Source of the DNA: Candidatus Limnocylindria bacterium
GTDB lineage: Bacteria > Methylomirabilota > Methylomirabilia > Rokubacteriales > CSP1-6
Reading direction: 5' to 3'
Assembly (NCBI GenBank): GCA_035524955.1
Contig: DATLFG010000072.1
Location: 66,173-130,172, forward strand
DNA length: 64,000 nucleotides
The translations under genes and the position numbers were made by a program. Positions 28,755-38,203 of this stretch are shown in pieces. A model generated the notes under the pieces. It worked only from the letters and a program-made list of their open reading frames with translations, did not search any database and was not told where the DNA came from. How positions within the stretch are numbered: the first letter of the stretch is position 1; each line of letters opens with the position of its first letter.

Positions 28755-29415
28755 GCCGGTGAAGACGATCAGCGTGGTGCTGGCCGAGGATCACCACGTG
28801 GTGCGGCAGGGCCTCCGCGCCCTCCTCGCGGCCGAGCCCGATCTCGAGGTGGTGGGCGAGGCGGCGAGCGGCCTCGACGTGGGCGACCTGGTGGAGCGGG
28901 TGAAGCCCGACGTGCTGGTGGTGGACTTCGTGATGCCCGGCCTGAATGCGCCCGACATCATCCGGCGGGTGGCCCGGGTCTCCCCGCCCACGCGCGCCCT
29001 CGTGCTCTCCATGCACGCCAATCCCGCCTACGTCGTCGAGGCCATCCAGAGCGGCGCCGCCGGCTACGTGCTGAAGGGCTCGAGCGCGGCCGAGCTGGTG
29101 CGGGCGATCCGGGCGGTCGCGGAAGGCTCCCGGCACCTGAGCCCGCCGCTGTCCGAGGAGATGGTCGAGGCCTACGCGCAGCGCGCGGTGCCGACCGGCC
29201 TCGATCTCTACCGCACGCTCACCCAGCGGGAGCGAGAGGTGCTGCACCTCGCGGCGGAGGGGCAGACCAGCGGGCAGATCGGGGCTCGACTGAATATCAG
29301 CCCGCGCACGGTGGAGGTCCACCGGGCGAACTTGCTCCGCAAGCTGCGGCTCCGCGGCCAGAGCGACCTGGTCCGCTACGCGGTCGGGCGTGGGATCCTC
29401 ACGGTGGACGGCTGA
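28747..29415 (+). CDS. NarL/LuxR-family response regulator
   Basis: REC domain (…VLAEDHHVVRQGLRALL…DVLVVDFVMPG…) plus a LuxR HTH (…LTQREREVLHLAAEGQTSGQIGARLNISPRTVEVHR…). GTG overlaps the kinase stop. Confidence 0.85.
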   Translation: MSEPVKTISVVLAEDHHVVRQGLRALLAAEPDLEVVGEAASGLDVGDLVERVKPDVLVVDFVMPGLNAPDIIRRVARVSPPTRALVLSMHANPAYVVEAIQSGAAGYVLKGSSAAELVRAIRAVAEGSRHLSPPLSEEMVEAYAQRAVPTGLDLYRTLTQREREVLHLAAEGQTSGQIGARLNISPRTVEVHRANLLRKLRLRGQSDLVRYAVGRGILTVDG

Positions 29416-29521
29416 GCCGCGGGCCCGAATTACGTACCTGTACGAATAGACGAGGGCGCGGTCATGCGCGCAACGTTGCGGGCGGTGACGACGCGGTCCT
29501 CGGGAGTGTGCCCGCTCCGCC

Positions 29522-29908
29522 ATGCCTGATCCGGAGATTCGTCCGGCCACCATCCTGGTCGTCGAGGACGAGGAAGAAGTGCGCGCGCTCGCCCGCGACG
29601 TCCTCGAGATGAACGGGTACCGGGTGCTGGAGGCGCTCGACGTAGCGGACGCCACGCGGCTCTCCGAGACTCATCCCGGCACGATCGACCTGCTGATCAC
29701 CGACGTGGTGATGCCGGGCACGAGCGGCCCGGAGCTCGCGCGGCGGCTGCGCGTGCATCGCCCCGGGCTCCGCGTGCTCTGCATGTCGGGCTACCCGGAG
29801 AGCGCGGACCAGCGGATCGAGGGCGAGGCGGGCTGGAACGCCTGGCTGCAGAAGCCCTTCACGCCCGACGTCCTGATGGAAAAGGTGCGCGACTGCCTCA
29901 CCAGCTGA
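29522..29908 (+). CDS. Single-domain CheY-like response regulator
   Basis: ILVVEDEEEVRAL…DLLITDVVMPGTSGPELA…KPF is a receiver domain only. Confidence 0.8.
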   Translation: MPDPEIRPATILVVEDEEEVRALARDVLEMNGYRVLEALDVADATRLSETHPGTIDLLITDVVMPGTSGPELARRLRVHRPGLRVLCMSGYPESADQRIEGEAGWNAWLQKPFTPDVLMEKVRDCLTS

Positions 29909-30150
29909 GGACGCCGGTCTTCCAGTAGCCCACGAGCTGCCAGAGGATCCCGCCCACGAACATGACGAGCCCGAGCCCCGCGAGCGCCCGGAACGCGGTG
30001 GGCGCCGGGGTCCCGCGGCGCCACTCGCCCGCGAAGGAGAACCAGAGCGCGGCCAGCAGCAGGGCGCCGACTCCCGCGGCCTGGAGCAGCCAGCCCGCCA
30101 TCACCCCTATCGTGAACTGCGGATCGAAGAAGATCGTCGGATGATACATG
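29898..30150 (-). CDS. Small hypothetical membrane protein (2 TM)
   Basis: MYHPTIFFDPQFTIGVMAGWLLQAAGVGALLLAALWFSF…. It is the only plausible part of the 429-aa track ORF. Confidence 0.35.
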
Positions 30151-30163
30151 GTCGCTCCTGTGC

Positions 30164-30931
30164 TCAGCGGGGCTGCATGCGGATGGCGCCGTCCAGGCGG
30201 ATGATCTCGCCGTTGAGCATCGGGTTCTCGATGATGTGGGCCGCGAGGGCGGCGTACTCGACCGGCCGCCCGAGACGGGGCGGGAAGGGAACCTGCTTGC
30301 CCAGCGAGAGCCGCGCGGGCTCGGGCAGGCCGGCCAGCATCGGCGTCTCGAAGAGGCCGGGGGCGATCGTCATGACCCGGATGCCCAGCTCGGCCAGGTC
30401 GCGGGCGATCGGCAGCGTCATGCCGACTACGCCGCCCTTGGAGGCGGAGTAGGCGGCCTGGCCGATCTGGCCGTCGAAGGCGGCCACGGAGGCGGTGTTG
30501 ATCACCACCCCGCGCTCGCCCTCGGCGTTGGGCGCGTTCTTGGCCATCTGGGCGGCGGCGAGCCGGATGCAGTTGAAGGTACCGATCAGGTTGACCTGGA
30601 TGGTGCGGGCGAAGCCGGCCAGGTCGGCGGGCCCCCGCTTGCCGAAGGTCTTGTCCGCGGTGCCGATGCCCGCGCAGTTGACGAGCGCGCTGACCGCCCC
30701 GAACCGCGCCACCGCCGCCGCGAGCGCCGCGGCGACCTCGTCGGCGCTGGTGACGTCGGCGGGCCCGAAGAGAGCCCGCTCGCCGAGCGCCGCGGCGACC
30801 TGCGCGCCAGGCGACTTCGCGAGGTCGAGCAGTACCACGGCGCCACCGCCGCCGTGCAGGCGCTCCGCGGTCGCCCGGCCGAGGCCGGACGCGCCGCCCG
30901 TGATCACCGTGGTCGATCCCGCGATCTGCAT
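30164..30931 (-). CDS. Short-chain dehydrogenase (3-hydroxyacyl-CoA dehydrogenase type-2 / HSD17B10-like)
   Basis: [25 protein letters not shown]…NCAGI…[39 protein letters not shown] lies upstream of the internal ATG. Confidence 0.8.
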   Translation of the reverse strand: MQIAGSTTVITGGASGLGRATAERLHGGGGAVVLLDLAKSPGAQVAAALGERALFGPADVTSADEVAAALAAAVARFGAVSALVNCAGIGTADKTFGKRGPADLAGFARTIQVNLIGTFNCIRLAAAQMAKNAPNAEGERGVVINTASVAAFDGQIGQAAYSASKGGVVGMTLPIARDLAELGIRVMTIAPGLFETPMLAGLPEPARLSLGKQVPFPPRLGRPVEYAALAAHIIENPMLNGEIIRLDGAIRMQPR

Positions 30932-30988
30932 GCCGTCCTCCTCCTCCGGGGGCTCTGTCGCCGACGGTGTAGTATAACCGAGCCGACG

Positions 30989-32125
30989 ATGCCGCTTCCC
31001 CTCTGGATCCGGACCCCCGAAGCCCTGGAGATGCTGGCCCGCGAGCTCGAAGGCGCGGGCGCGCTGGCCATCGACACCGAGGCCGACAGCCTGCATCACT
31101 ACCCCGGCAAGCTCTGCCTGGTGCAGGTGGCCGACGCGCGCGGGCGCGGGCACCTGGTGGATCCGCTCGCGCTGCGCGACCTCTCACCCCTCGGGCCCGT
31201 GCTGGCGGATCCGGGTACCCTCAAGGTCCTGCACGCCGCCGACAACGACCTGGCCTATCTCAAGCGCCTGTACGGCGTGACGGTGGTCTCGCTCTTCGAT
31301 ACCGCGGTGGCCGCGCGGTTCCTCGGTGCCCCCGCGCTCGGGCTCGAAGGGCTGCTCACCCAGTACCTGGGGGTGACCGCGGTGAAGTCGCGCCAGAAGG
31401 ACGACTGGTCCCGGCGGCCGCTGACCGCCGCGCAGGAGGATTACGCCCTCGACGACGTGCTCCATCTCATCCCGCTGCGGGAGCGCCTGCTCGAAGCCCT
31501 CCACGCGATCGGGCGGGCGCAGTGGGTGGAGGAGGAGTGCGCGGGGCTGGCCGCGCTGGTGGTGCCCGACAAGCCGGTGGATCCCGACGCCTACATGAAG
31601 CTCAAGGGCGCCCGCGAGCTGGACGCGCGCGGGCTCGCGGTGCTGCGCGAGCTGAACGCCGCGCGCGAGATCCTGGCGCTGCGCCTCGATCGCCCGCCGT
31701 TCATGATCGTGGGCAACGAGAGCCTGGTGGCCCTCGCGGCCCGCCGGCCCCTGGACGCCGAGGGCATCCTGGCGGTGCCGGGCTGCACCCCGCCGGTGGT
31801 ACGCCGCGCCGGCCCCGCCATCCTCGACGCGATCGCGCGCGGGCTCGCGCTGCCCGACGCGGACCTCCCGGCCTACCGCCCGAGCCCTCGGCCCCACGTG
31901 CCCGGGGTGGTGCGGCGGCGCGCGGAGGCCCTACGCGAGTGGCGGGCCAAGGCGGCGAAGGAGATCGGCCTCGAGCCGGGCGTGCTCTTTCCCCAGCGCC
32001 TCATCGACCGGCTCGCCGCGACGCCGCCCGCCGATCTTGGCGCGCTGCGACAGGTCGAGGGCGTGCGCGACTGGCGCGTCGGCCTGTTCGGCGCCGATCT
32101 GCTGAAGGCGCTCGCGGTCCCCTGA
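30989..32125 (+). CDS. rnd: Ribonuclease D (DEDDy 3'-5' exonuclease plus HRDC)
   Basis: …[23 protein letters not shown]… gives exo motif I. Exo motifs …[11 protein letters not shown]… and …YALDDVLHL… follow, then an HRDC-like C-terminus. Confidence 0.8.
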   Translation: MPLPLWIRTPEALEMLARELEGAGALAIDTEADSLHHYPGKLCLVQVADARGRGHLVDPLALRDLSPLGPVLADPGTLKVLHAADNDLAYLKRLYGVTVVSLFDTAVAARFLGAPALGLEGLLTQYLGVTAVKSRQKDDWSRRPLTAAQEDYALDDVLHLIPLRERLLEALHAIGRAQWVEEECAGLAALVVPDKPVDPDAYMKLKGARELDARGLAVLRELNAAREILALRLDRPPFMIVGNESLVALAARRPLDAEGILAVPGCTPPVVRRAGPAILDAIARGLALPDADLPAYRPSPRPHVPGVVRRRAEALREWRAKAAKEIGLEPGVLFPQRLIDRLAATPPADLGALRQVEGVRDWRVGLFGADLLKALAVP

Positions 32126-32214
32126 CGCTGCGGCTCCCGCCCGCTTGCCCTCGGTACCGGTTGGTGGTACCGGTGGGGTCACGATCCGGATCTGCAGTGG
32201 AAGGGAGGATTCCC

Positions 32215-33171
32215 ATGGCCTCCGATTCCCGGTATTTCCGCGAGGGTATCATCGCCGGCCTGATCGGTGCCGCGCTCGTGGCCGTCTGGTTCCTCATCTA
32301 CGACGCGGCGCTCGGCCGGCCGTTCCGCACGCCCTCGCTGCTCGGCGCCGCCGCATTCCAGGGAGTGAGCGATCCGGCGGCGGTGCCCACCGCGGCCCAG
32401 CTGGTCGTGCAGTACACCGTGCTGCACGGCGTGGTGTTCGCTCTGATCGGCGTGCTCATCGCGTACCTGATCGTCTCGGCCCAGCGCGAGCCGAGCCGCG
32501 TGCTGACCCTGTTCATCGCGCTGCTGTGCTTCGAGGTGTTCTTCCTGGCGGTGCTCACGTGGCTCGCCCACCCGGTGCTCGGCGAGCTCGCCTGGTGGAC
32601 GATCCTCACCGCCAACGCGCTGGCCGCCGGCGGCATGCTCATCTACCTCTTCGTGGGCCACCGCGCGCTCGGGCGCGCCCTGCTGGGGCCGCTCTGGACG
32701 GGCGTCGTGCGCGAGGGCATCGTCGGGGCGCTGCTGGGCGCGGTCGCGGTCGCGCTCTGGTTCCTGGCCTACGACGCGGCGGCGGGGGCGCCGCTGCGCA
32801 CGCCGGCCCTGCTGGGCGCCGCGGTGTTCCACGGCCTGCGTGACCCGGGCGCGCTCGTGATCACGATGCCCCTGGTGCTGCAGTACACGGTGGTTCACGG
32901 CGCCGTCTTCATCCTCTTCGGTCTCGCGGCGGCCGGAATGCTGGCGCTGGCCGATCGCGAGCCGCGGCTGCTCTTCGCCTTCGTCATGCTCTTCTGCTGC
33001 TTCGAGGTCTTCTTCGCGGCGATGCTGGCGATCCTCGCCGAGTGGATGCTCGAGGTGGTCCCCTGGTGGAGCATCCTCGCGGGCAACCTGCTCGCTGCCG
33101 TCGTCATGATGGGCTACTTCTTCCGCGGCCATCGGGTCACCTGGCACGAGTTCATCCACGCGCGCCGCTAG
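32215..33171 (+). CDS. Hypothetical integral membrane protein with an internal tandem duplication (two ~155-aa homologous halves)
   Basis: Half 1 (…IIAGLIGAALVAVWFLIYDAALGRPFRTPSLLGAAAFQGV…QYTVLHGVVFALIG…) and half 2 (…IVGALLGAVAVALWFLAYDAAAGAPLRTPALLGAAVFHGL…QYTVVHGAVFILFG…). SD AAGGGAGG. Confidence 0.55.
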   Translation: MASDSRYFREGIIAGLIGAALVAVWFLIYDAALGRPFRTPSLLGAAAFQGVSDPAAVPTAAQLVVQYTVLHGVVFALIGVLIAYLIVSAQREPSRVLTLFIALLCFEVFFLAVLTWLAHPVLGELAWWTILTANALAAGGMLIYLFVGHRALGRALLGPLWTGVVREGIVGALLGAVAVALWFLAYDAAAGAPLRTPALLGAAVFHGLRDPGALVITMPLVLQYTVVHGAVFILFGLAAAGMLALADREPRLLFAFVMLFCCFEVFFAAMLAILAEWMLEVVPWWSILAGNLLAAVVMMGYFFRGHRVTWHEFIHARR

Positions 33172-33176
33172 CTCCG

Positions 33177-33260
33177 GGGTCAGGTCTTACATTCCGACAT
33201 TTTGGAACGTGAGGGCCGGCCCGCGCCTCGCGAAAATGTCGGAATGTAAGACCTGACCCC
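33177..33260. repeat. Perfect 28-bp inverted repeat flanking a 28-nt loop
   Basis: GGGGTCAGGTCTTACATTCCGACATTTT … AAAATGTCGGAATGTAAGACCTGACCCC. Markedly AT-richer than the surrounding sequence. Confidence 0.8.
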
Positions 33261-33314
33261 AATGTAGACTTCTGCCACGACGCGACACACGACACTGGTG
33301 AGGAGGCGAGCATC

Positions 33315-34079
33315 GTGGCCGACGGGGCGCTGAAGGGGCGGGTGGCGGTGGTGACAGGTGGCAACGGGGGGATCGGCCTCGGCATGGCCCGGGGGTTCGC
33401 GGCCGCCGGCGCGGCGGTCGTGGTCTCGGGGCGCAACGCGGAGAAGAGCCGGGGTGCGGTCGCCGAGCTCACCAAGCTGGGCGCTTCGGCGGTGGCGATC
33501 GAGGCCGACGTGGCCGACGAGGCCGCGGTGAACGCGCTGGTGGGCGCCACCGTGGATCGCTTCGGCCGCCTCGACGTCCTCGTCAACAACGCGGGCATGA
33601 ACATCCGCAAGCCGGTGCACGAGCTGACTCTCGGGGAGTGGCGCCAGGTGCTCGACACCAACCTCACCAGCGCCTTCCTGACGAGCCGCGCGGTGTACCC
33701 GATCATGAAGAAGAACGGGGGCGGGAAGATCATCAACATCGGGTCCATGATGTCGATCTTCGGCGCCTCCTTCGCGCCCGCCTACGCCGCCTCCAAGGGC
33801 GGCATCGTCCAGCTCACCAAGGCGACCGCGTCGGCGTGGGCCCGCGACAACATCCAGGTCAACGCGGTGCTGCCCGGCTGGATCGACACCGAGCTCACCA
33901 CCAACGCGCGGCGTGAGGTCCAGGGCCTCCACGAGCGCGTGCTCGCGCGCACGCCCGCCGCGCGCTGGGGCGTGCCCGACGATCTCTCCGGCATCGCGGT
34001 GTTTCTCGGCGGTCCCGCCTCCGATTTCGTCACCGGTACCGCGATTCCCGTGGACGGAGGCTATTCGATCCAGGGCTGA
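33315..34079 (+). CDS. Short-chain dehydrogenase/reductase (FabG / gluconate-5-dehydrogenase-like)
   Basis: VTGGNGGIGLG…NNAG…SMMSIFGASFAPAYAASKGG…. SD GAGGAGG lies before the GTG. Confidence 0.85.
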   Translation: MADGALKGRVAVVTGGNGGIGLGMARGFAAAGAAVVVSGRNAEKSRGAVAELTKLGASAVAIEADVADEAAVNALVGATVDRFGRLDVLVNNAGMNIRKPVHELTLGEWRQVLDTNLTSAFLTSRAVYPIMKKNGGGKIINIGSMMSIFGASFAPAYAASKGGIVQLTKATASAWARDNIQVNAVLPGWIDTELTTNARREVQGLHERVLARTPAARWGVPDDLSGIAVFLGGPASDFVTGTAIPVDGGYSIQG

Positions 34080-34104
34080 AGTGCGGTACACTGCACGACG
34101 CGTG

Positions 34105-34878
34105 ATGTGGGCGTCGGCACGACTCTTCCTGCTGGCCGTGGTGGTGTCCGGCTGTGCGTCGGCCGCCCCGATCGACGCGGCGGTCCGCCGCCCGGCCCCG
34201 CCCGACCTGCTGCGCTTCGGGGTGGATACCTTCGCGTTCGCCAACGAGAGCCGCAGCAAGAATCGCGGCAAGCCCGACCTCTACGCCAACTACTGCTTCG
34301 TGATGGCGCGGGGCGTGACGCAGTTCCAGCGCTTCGCCCGCTTCGATCCGGCCGCGCCCCGGCTCACCGCCGAGGAGTACGTGGCGCGCGTCCGGCAGGT
34401 GGTCGCCAATGCGCCCTGGGCCGAGTCGTGGCCCCCCGACCGCCGCATCGTGATCCCCGGCTACGCCTCGCTGCACGAGTTCTCCCGCGCCCAGGAGGCG
34501 GCGGTGAAGACGGGGATGGTCGGGCGATTCTGGACGCTCGTGCACTGGACCAACTGGCGGGTGGTGTTCCCGTTCCCGCGCTGGCAGCAGGAGCGCGTCG
34601 CGCGCGAGGCGCTCGCCGAGCTGAGCGAAGGGCGGCCGGTGCAGCTCCTCGTGACGAACTTCCCGACGTGGGAGCTCAACCACACCGTGCTCGCCTACGC
34701 GTACGAGCTCGACGCGGCGGGCAACGTGCGGTTCACGGTCTACGACCCGAACGATCCCGCCCGCGCCGGGCGCGTCACCTTCGATCGGACCGCGCGCCGC
34801 TTCGAGGCGACCCGGCTCCACGACACGGAGCGGGGGCCGATCCGCGCGTTCCGCATGTACTACTGGGCCCTGCTCTAG
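34105..34878 (+). CDS. Hypothetical lipoprotein
   Basis: Signal peptide with lipobox (LLAVVVSGC). No family recognised. First gene of the lipid island. Confidence 0.5.
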   Translation: MWASARLFLLAVVVSGCASAAPIDAAVRRPAPPDLLRFGVDTFAFANESRSKNRGKPDLYANYCFVMARGVTQFQRFARFDPAAPRLTAEEYVARVRQVVANAPWAESWPPDRRIVIPGYASLHEFSRAQEAAVKTGMVGRFWTLVHWTNWRVVFPFPRWQQERVAREALAELSEGRPVQLLVTNFPTWELNHTVLAYAYELDAAGNVRFTVYDPNDPARAGRVTFDRTARRFEATRLHDTERGPIRAFRMYYWALL

Positions 34879-34882
34879 GCCG

Positions 34883-35791
34883 ATGGCGAGCGAGCCCGCC
34901 GCGCCCGACTGGTATTCGCATGGACTCAACCGGGTGGCCTACTACCGGCTGGCGAGCGCCGCCGCGGCGGCGCTGCCTCGCTCCGCGCGCCTGCGGATCG
35001 CGCGCGCGCTCGGCCGGCTGCTCGCGCGCGCGCTGCCCGCGGAGCGCCGGGCGGTGCGGAGCAACCTCGGGCGCGTGCTCGCGGGATCGGGGCCCGCCCT
35101 GATCGAGGCGCAGGTGGCGGAGACGTTCGCCAACTTCGGGGCCTTCTTCGCGGATCTCCTCACCCTCAACCGCCGCCCGGGCGCTGACCTCCGCGCCTTC
35201 GTCGCGTCCGCCGACGGGGAGCATCACCTCGACGCGGGCCTCGTGTCCGGGCGGGGCGTGGTGCTGCTCACCGCACACCTCGGCAACTGGGAGCTCGCGG
35301 GGCGGCTCCTGTCGTCCCGCGGCGGCCGCACCGCCCACGTGGTGCTCTCCGCCGAGCAGGACGCCGCGCTCGAGCGTTACCTCCGTCTCGACGGCCCGCA
35401 GCTCCGCTTCGTGACGCGCCACCACGCCACCTCCACGCTCGGCCTGCTCGCCGCGCTCCGGCGCGCCGAGCTGGTGGCGATGCAGGCAGACCGGCCCAGC
35501 GGCGGGCGGGGCGACGCGATCGTGCCCTTCTTCGGCGAGCCCGCCGCGTTTCCGCTGGGGCCCTTCGTGCTGGCCCGGGCGGCGGGCGCGGCGGTGGTGC
35601 CCGCCTTCTGTGCGATGGCGCCGAGCGGCCGCTATCGGCTCGAGATCGATCCGCCGATCTGGGTCAAGCCCGGCGAGGAGCAGGCCGGCCTCACCACCGT
35701 GGTCGCCGCGCTGGAGCGCGTGATCCGCGCGCAGCCCACCCAGTGGTTCAACTTCTTCGACGCATGGAGCCCGCCCGGTGGCCACCCCTGA
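34883..35791 (+). CDS. LpxL/HtrB-family (lipid A biosynthesis lauroyl/myristoyl) acyltransferase
   Basis: LPLAT_LABLAT-like with an HX4E motif (TAHLGNWELAG) and …QADRPSGGRGDAIVPFFGEPAAFPLGPFVLA…. Confidence 0.75.
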   Translation: MASEPAAPDWYSHGLNRVAYYRLASAAAAALPRSARLRIARALGRLLARALPAERRAVRSNLGRVLAGSGPALIEAQVAETFANFGAFFADLLTLNRRPGADLRAFVASADGEHHLDAGLVSGRGVVLLTAHLGNWELAGRLLSSRGGRTAHVVLSAEQDAALERYLRLDGPQLRFVTRHHATSTLGLLAALRRAELVAMQADRPSGGRGDAIVPFFGEPAAFPLGPFVLARAAGAAVVPAFCAMAPSGRYRLEIDPPIWVKPGEEQAGLTTVVAALERVIRAQPTQWFNFFDAWSPPGGHP

Positions 35792-36959
35792 GCGCGTGGT
35801 GGTCGCCGCCGCCGGGGTCGTGACCCCGATCGGTCAGGACCTCGAGGCGTTCTGGTCCTCGCTGGTCACCGGGGCCTCGGGCATCTCGCAGATCGAGCGC
35901 GTGCCGGTGGCCGACCTGCGCGTGCAGCGGGGCGGCGAGGTCAAGAAGCTCGGCCGCATCAAGGACTGGCGCGGCGTGCCCGAGTGCCGCGCGAGCCGCC
36001 TCCTGATCGCGGCCGCCGACGACCTCTGCGCGCAGGCCGGCTTCCGCCCGCTCCCGCTGGATCCGGCGCGGGTTGGGGTGGTGGTCGGCACCGCCCTGGG
36101 CGGCGTGGAGGAGGGGGAGAAGGCGCTCGCGGGCGACCGCGGGCGTCGGCGGCTGCCGCAGGCGCTCTATGACGGCCCCGGCTGGGCGCTCGCGCGGTGG
36201 CTCGGCGCGCGCGGGCCGGTGATCACGGTGTCCACCGCGTGCGCCTCGGGCGCCACCGCGATGGCGGTCGGCGCCGATCTGCTGCGCGCGGGCGAGGCCG
36301 ACGCGGTGGTGGCGGGAGGCTACGACGCGCTCTGCCGGTTCGTGCTGCGCGGCTTCGACGCCCTCCGATCGCTCACGCGCGACGAGGTCCGGCCGTTCGA
36401 TCGCCGCCGCAGCGGCCTGCTTCTGGGCGAGGCGGGCGCGCTCGCCCTGCTGGTGCGCGAGCGGGACGCGCGGGGCCCGCGGCTCGGCACCCTGCTGGGT
36501 TACGGCAGCGCCAGCGACGGCTTCCACATCGCGGCGCCCGAGCCGGAGGGTCGCGGCCTCGAGCGGGCGATCCGCGCCGCGCTCGCCGACGCGCGCGTCT
36601 CGGCCGCGGACATCGACCTGGTGAGCGCGCACGGTACCGCCACCCCGCTCAACGACCCGATCGAGACGGCCGCGCTCAAGCGGGCGCTGGGGCGGCGGGC
36701 CCACGAGATCCCGATCAACTCCATCAAGGGTAGCCTGGGGCACACCATGGGCGCCGCCGCCGCGCTCGAGGCCTTCATGTGTCTGCTGTCGGCGCAGCGG
36801 GGCCTGATCCCGCCCACCCTGCACCTGGAGGAGCCCGATCCGGTGTGCGATCTCGACTACGTGCCGGGCCGGGCGCGTCCGGGGCGGCCCCGCGTCATGC
36901 TGAGCACGTCCATGGGGTTCGGCGGCTGCAACGGGGCCCTCGTGCTCGAGGCCGCCTGA
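35778..36959 (+). CDS. Beta-ketoacyl-ACP synthase (FabF/KAS II-like)
   Basis: Active-site TACASG, His motifs (HGTATP… and …GHTMGAAAAL…) and a C-terminal GFGGCNGALVLE. Confidence 0.85.
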   Translation: MATPERVVVAAAGVVTPIGQDLEAFWSSLVTGASGISQIERVPVADLRVQRGGEVKKLGRIKDWRGVPECRASRLLIAAADDLCAQAGFRPLPLDPARVGVVVGTALGGVEEGEKALAGDRGRRRLPQALYDGPGWALARWLGARGPVITVSTACASGATAMAVGADLLRAGEADAVVAGGYDALCRFVLRGFDALRSLTRDEVRPFDRRRSGLLLGEAGALALLVRERDARGPRLGTLLGYGSASDGFHIAAPEPEGRGLERAIRAALADARVSAADIDLVSAHGTATPLNDPIETAALKRALGRRAHEIPINSIKGSLGHTMGAAAALEAFMCLLSAQRGLIPPTLHLEEPDPVCDLDYVPGRARPGRPRVMLSTSMGFGGCNGALVLEAA

Positions 36960-37026
36960 TGGGCGCTCCCGCGATCCGGGGCCTCGGCGTCCTGTCCGGG
37001 GCAGAGGCAAGGTCCGCCACGACAGG

Positions 37027-37125
37027 GTCCGCGGACGGGGGGAGTGCGGGGGCCAATTGCGGCGATTCCACCCAGGTAAAGTCCGCGGACGGGGGGAGTG
37101 CGGGGGCCATTTCTGGGCCCCCGCA
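37027..37125. repeat. REP-like element family 1, two tandem copies (54-nt period). Core GGGAGTGCGGGGGCC-ATTTCT-GGCCCCCGCA.
   Basis: Copy 1 at 37027-37064 is degenerate in its right arm. Copy 2 at 37081-37125 is intact. Related copies lie at 45343-45413 and 48855-48886. Confidence 0.7.
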
Positions 37126-37129
37126 TACA

Positions 37130-37876
37130 ATGGGCCTAAAGAACGAAACGGTAGACCGCAAACTCGAGATTCTTACGCTCCCCCGCCCGGACCGCCCGGG
37201 CGACCGCTTCCGGCGGTCCACCCGGGAATGCCTCCTGGCCCTTGCGGCCGTGGACGCGATGCTTGAAGATGGGAAGGCCTCGCGCGAGGCGATCGCGGGC
37301 GAGCGGACGGCCCTGCTGTACGTGACCGCCGCGGCCTACGGCGCTGCCAACCGCGCGTTCATCGAGCGGCGGGGCGGGGTGATGCACTTCGCCTACACCG
37401 CGCCCGCTGTGGTGCCGGCGGAGGTGGCGATCGAGTTCGGGGTGGCGGGTCCGTACGGCATCCTGATCGGCGGCGCGCCCGCGACGCTCCGGGCCATCGC
37501 GCAGGCGGCCCGGCTGCTGGAGGCCGGCGGCTGCGATCGGGTGCTGGTGCTGGCGGTCGAGATCTTCGAGGAGTGCGCGGATCTCTACACGCGTCATCGC
37601 CGGGCCTATCGGTGGCCGCTGGTGGAGACCGCGGCGTGCCTGTGGCTGGAGCGCGGCGCGGGGGCGATCTCGCTCGAGTCCGCGCGCGGCGGCCGCCCGG
37701 CGGCCGGGCCGGCCGGCGGGGGCGAGCGCTTTGCGGCGGGCCCGCTCGCCGATCTGCGCGACTGGCGCGCGCGGGCGACGGCCGGTCCGGTCGAGCTGTC
37801 GGGACGCTGGCGGGGAGAGCATGCGCGGCTCCACTGGAGCCGAGAAATTGTCCACGCGCGCGGCAGCGCGGCGTGA
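37130..37876 (+). CDS. Small KS-like protein lacking the catalytic Cys (chain-length-factor-like partner). The start is ambiguous (37130 or 36959).
   Basis: …LLYVTAAAYGAANRAFIERRGGVMHFAYTAPAVVPAEVAIEFGVAGPYGILIGGAPATLRAIAQAARLLEAGGCDRVLVLAVE… is a thiolase-fold N-terminal half with GGAPA in place of TACAS. An in-frame ATG at 36959 overlaps the upstream TGA but would translate the REP copies. Confidence 0.55.
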   Translation: MGLKNETVDRKLEILTLPRPDRPGDRFRRSTRECLLALAAVDAMLEDGKASREAIAGERTALLYVTAAAYGAANRAFIERRGGVMHFAYTAPAVVPAEVAIEFGVAGPYGILIGGAPATLRAIAQAARLLEAGGCDRVLVLAVEIFEECADLYTRHRRAYRWPLVETAACLWLERGAGAISLESARGGRPAAGPAGGGERFAAGPLADLRDWRARATAGPVELSGRWRGEHARLHWSREIVHARGSAA

Positions 37877-37892
37877 AACGGAGGTCGTGTTG

Positions 37893-38168
37893 ATGACCCA
37901 GAAGGAAGTCCTGGACGAGCTGAAGGGGCTCGTCGTCGAGCGGCTGAAGTTCGATCCGCGCCGGGCGGCCGAGATGACGCTCGAGACGACGCTGCCCAAG
38001 GGCGTCGACGGCTCGCTGGGCCTGGACTCGCTCGACTTCATCGAGCTGTCGGTCGCCATCGAGGAGCGCTTCGGGATCGTGATCGACGAGAGTCGCGATC
38101 TCACGGACGAGTTTCTCTCGCTCGACTCCCTCTCCCGGTTCATCCTGGCCAAGAACGGCCAGGCCTGA
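37893..38168 (+). CDS. Acyl carrier protein (dedicated)
   Basis: …GLDSLDFIELSVAIEERFG… carries the phosphopantetheine-attachment Ser in a DSL motif. 91 aa. Confidence 0.85.
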   Translation: MTQKEVLDELKGLVVERLKFDPRRAAEMTLETTLPKGVDGSLGLDSLDFIELSVAIEERFGIVIDESRDLTDEFLSLDSLSRFILAKNGQA

Positions 38169-38203
38169 GGGCTCGAGGCGCAGCCCCGGGCGATGAGCGC
38201 GGC

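Noticed and set aside
29898-31187. 429-aa minus ORF
   Set aside because: Arg/Gly-rich apart from the final ~84 codons (the small membrane protein). It overlaps the SDR gene.
30236-32125. 629-aa ORF extending RNase D upstream
   Set aside because: The upstream part overlaps the SDR on the other strand. RNase D homology begins at the ATG at 30989.
31522-33171. 549-aa ORF extension of the duplicated membrane protein
   Set aside because: The upstream 230 codons overlap RNase D. A strong SD precedes the ATG at 32215.
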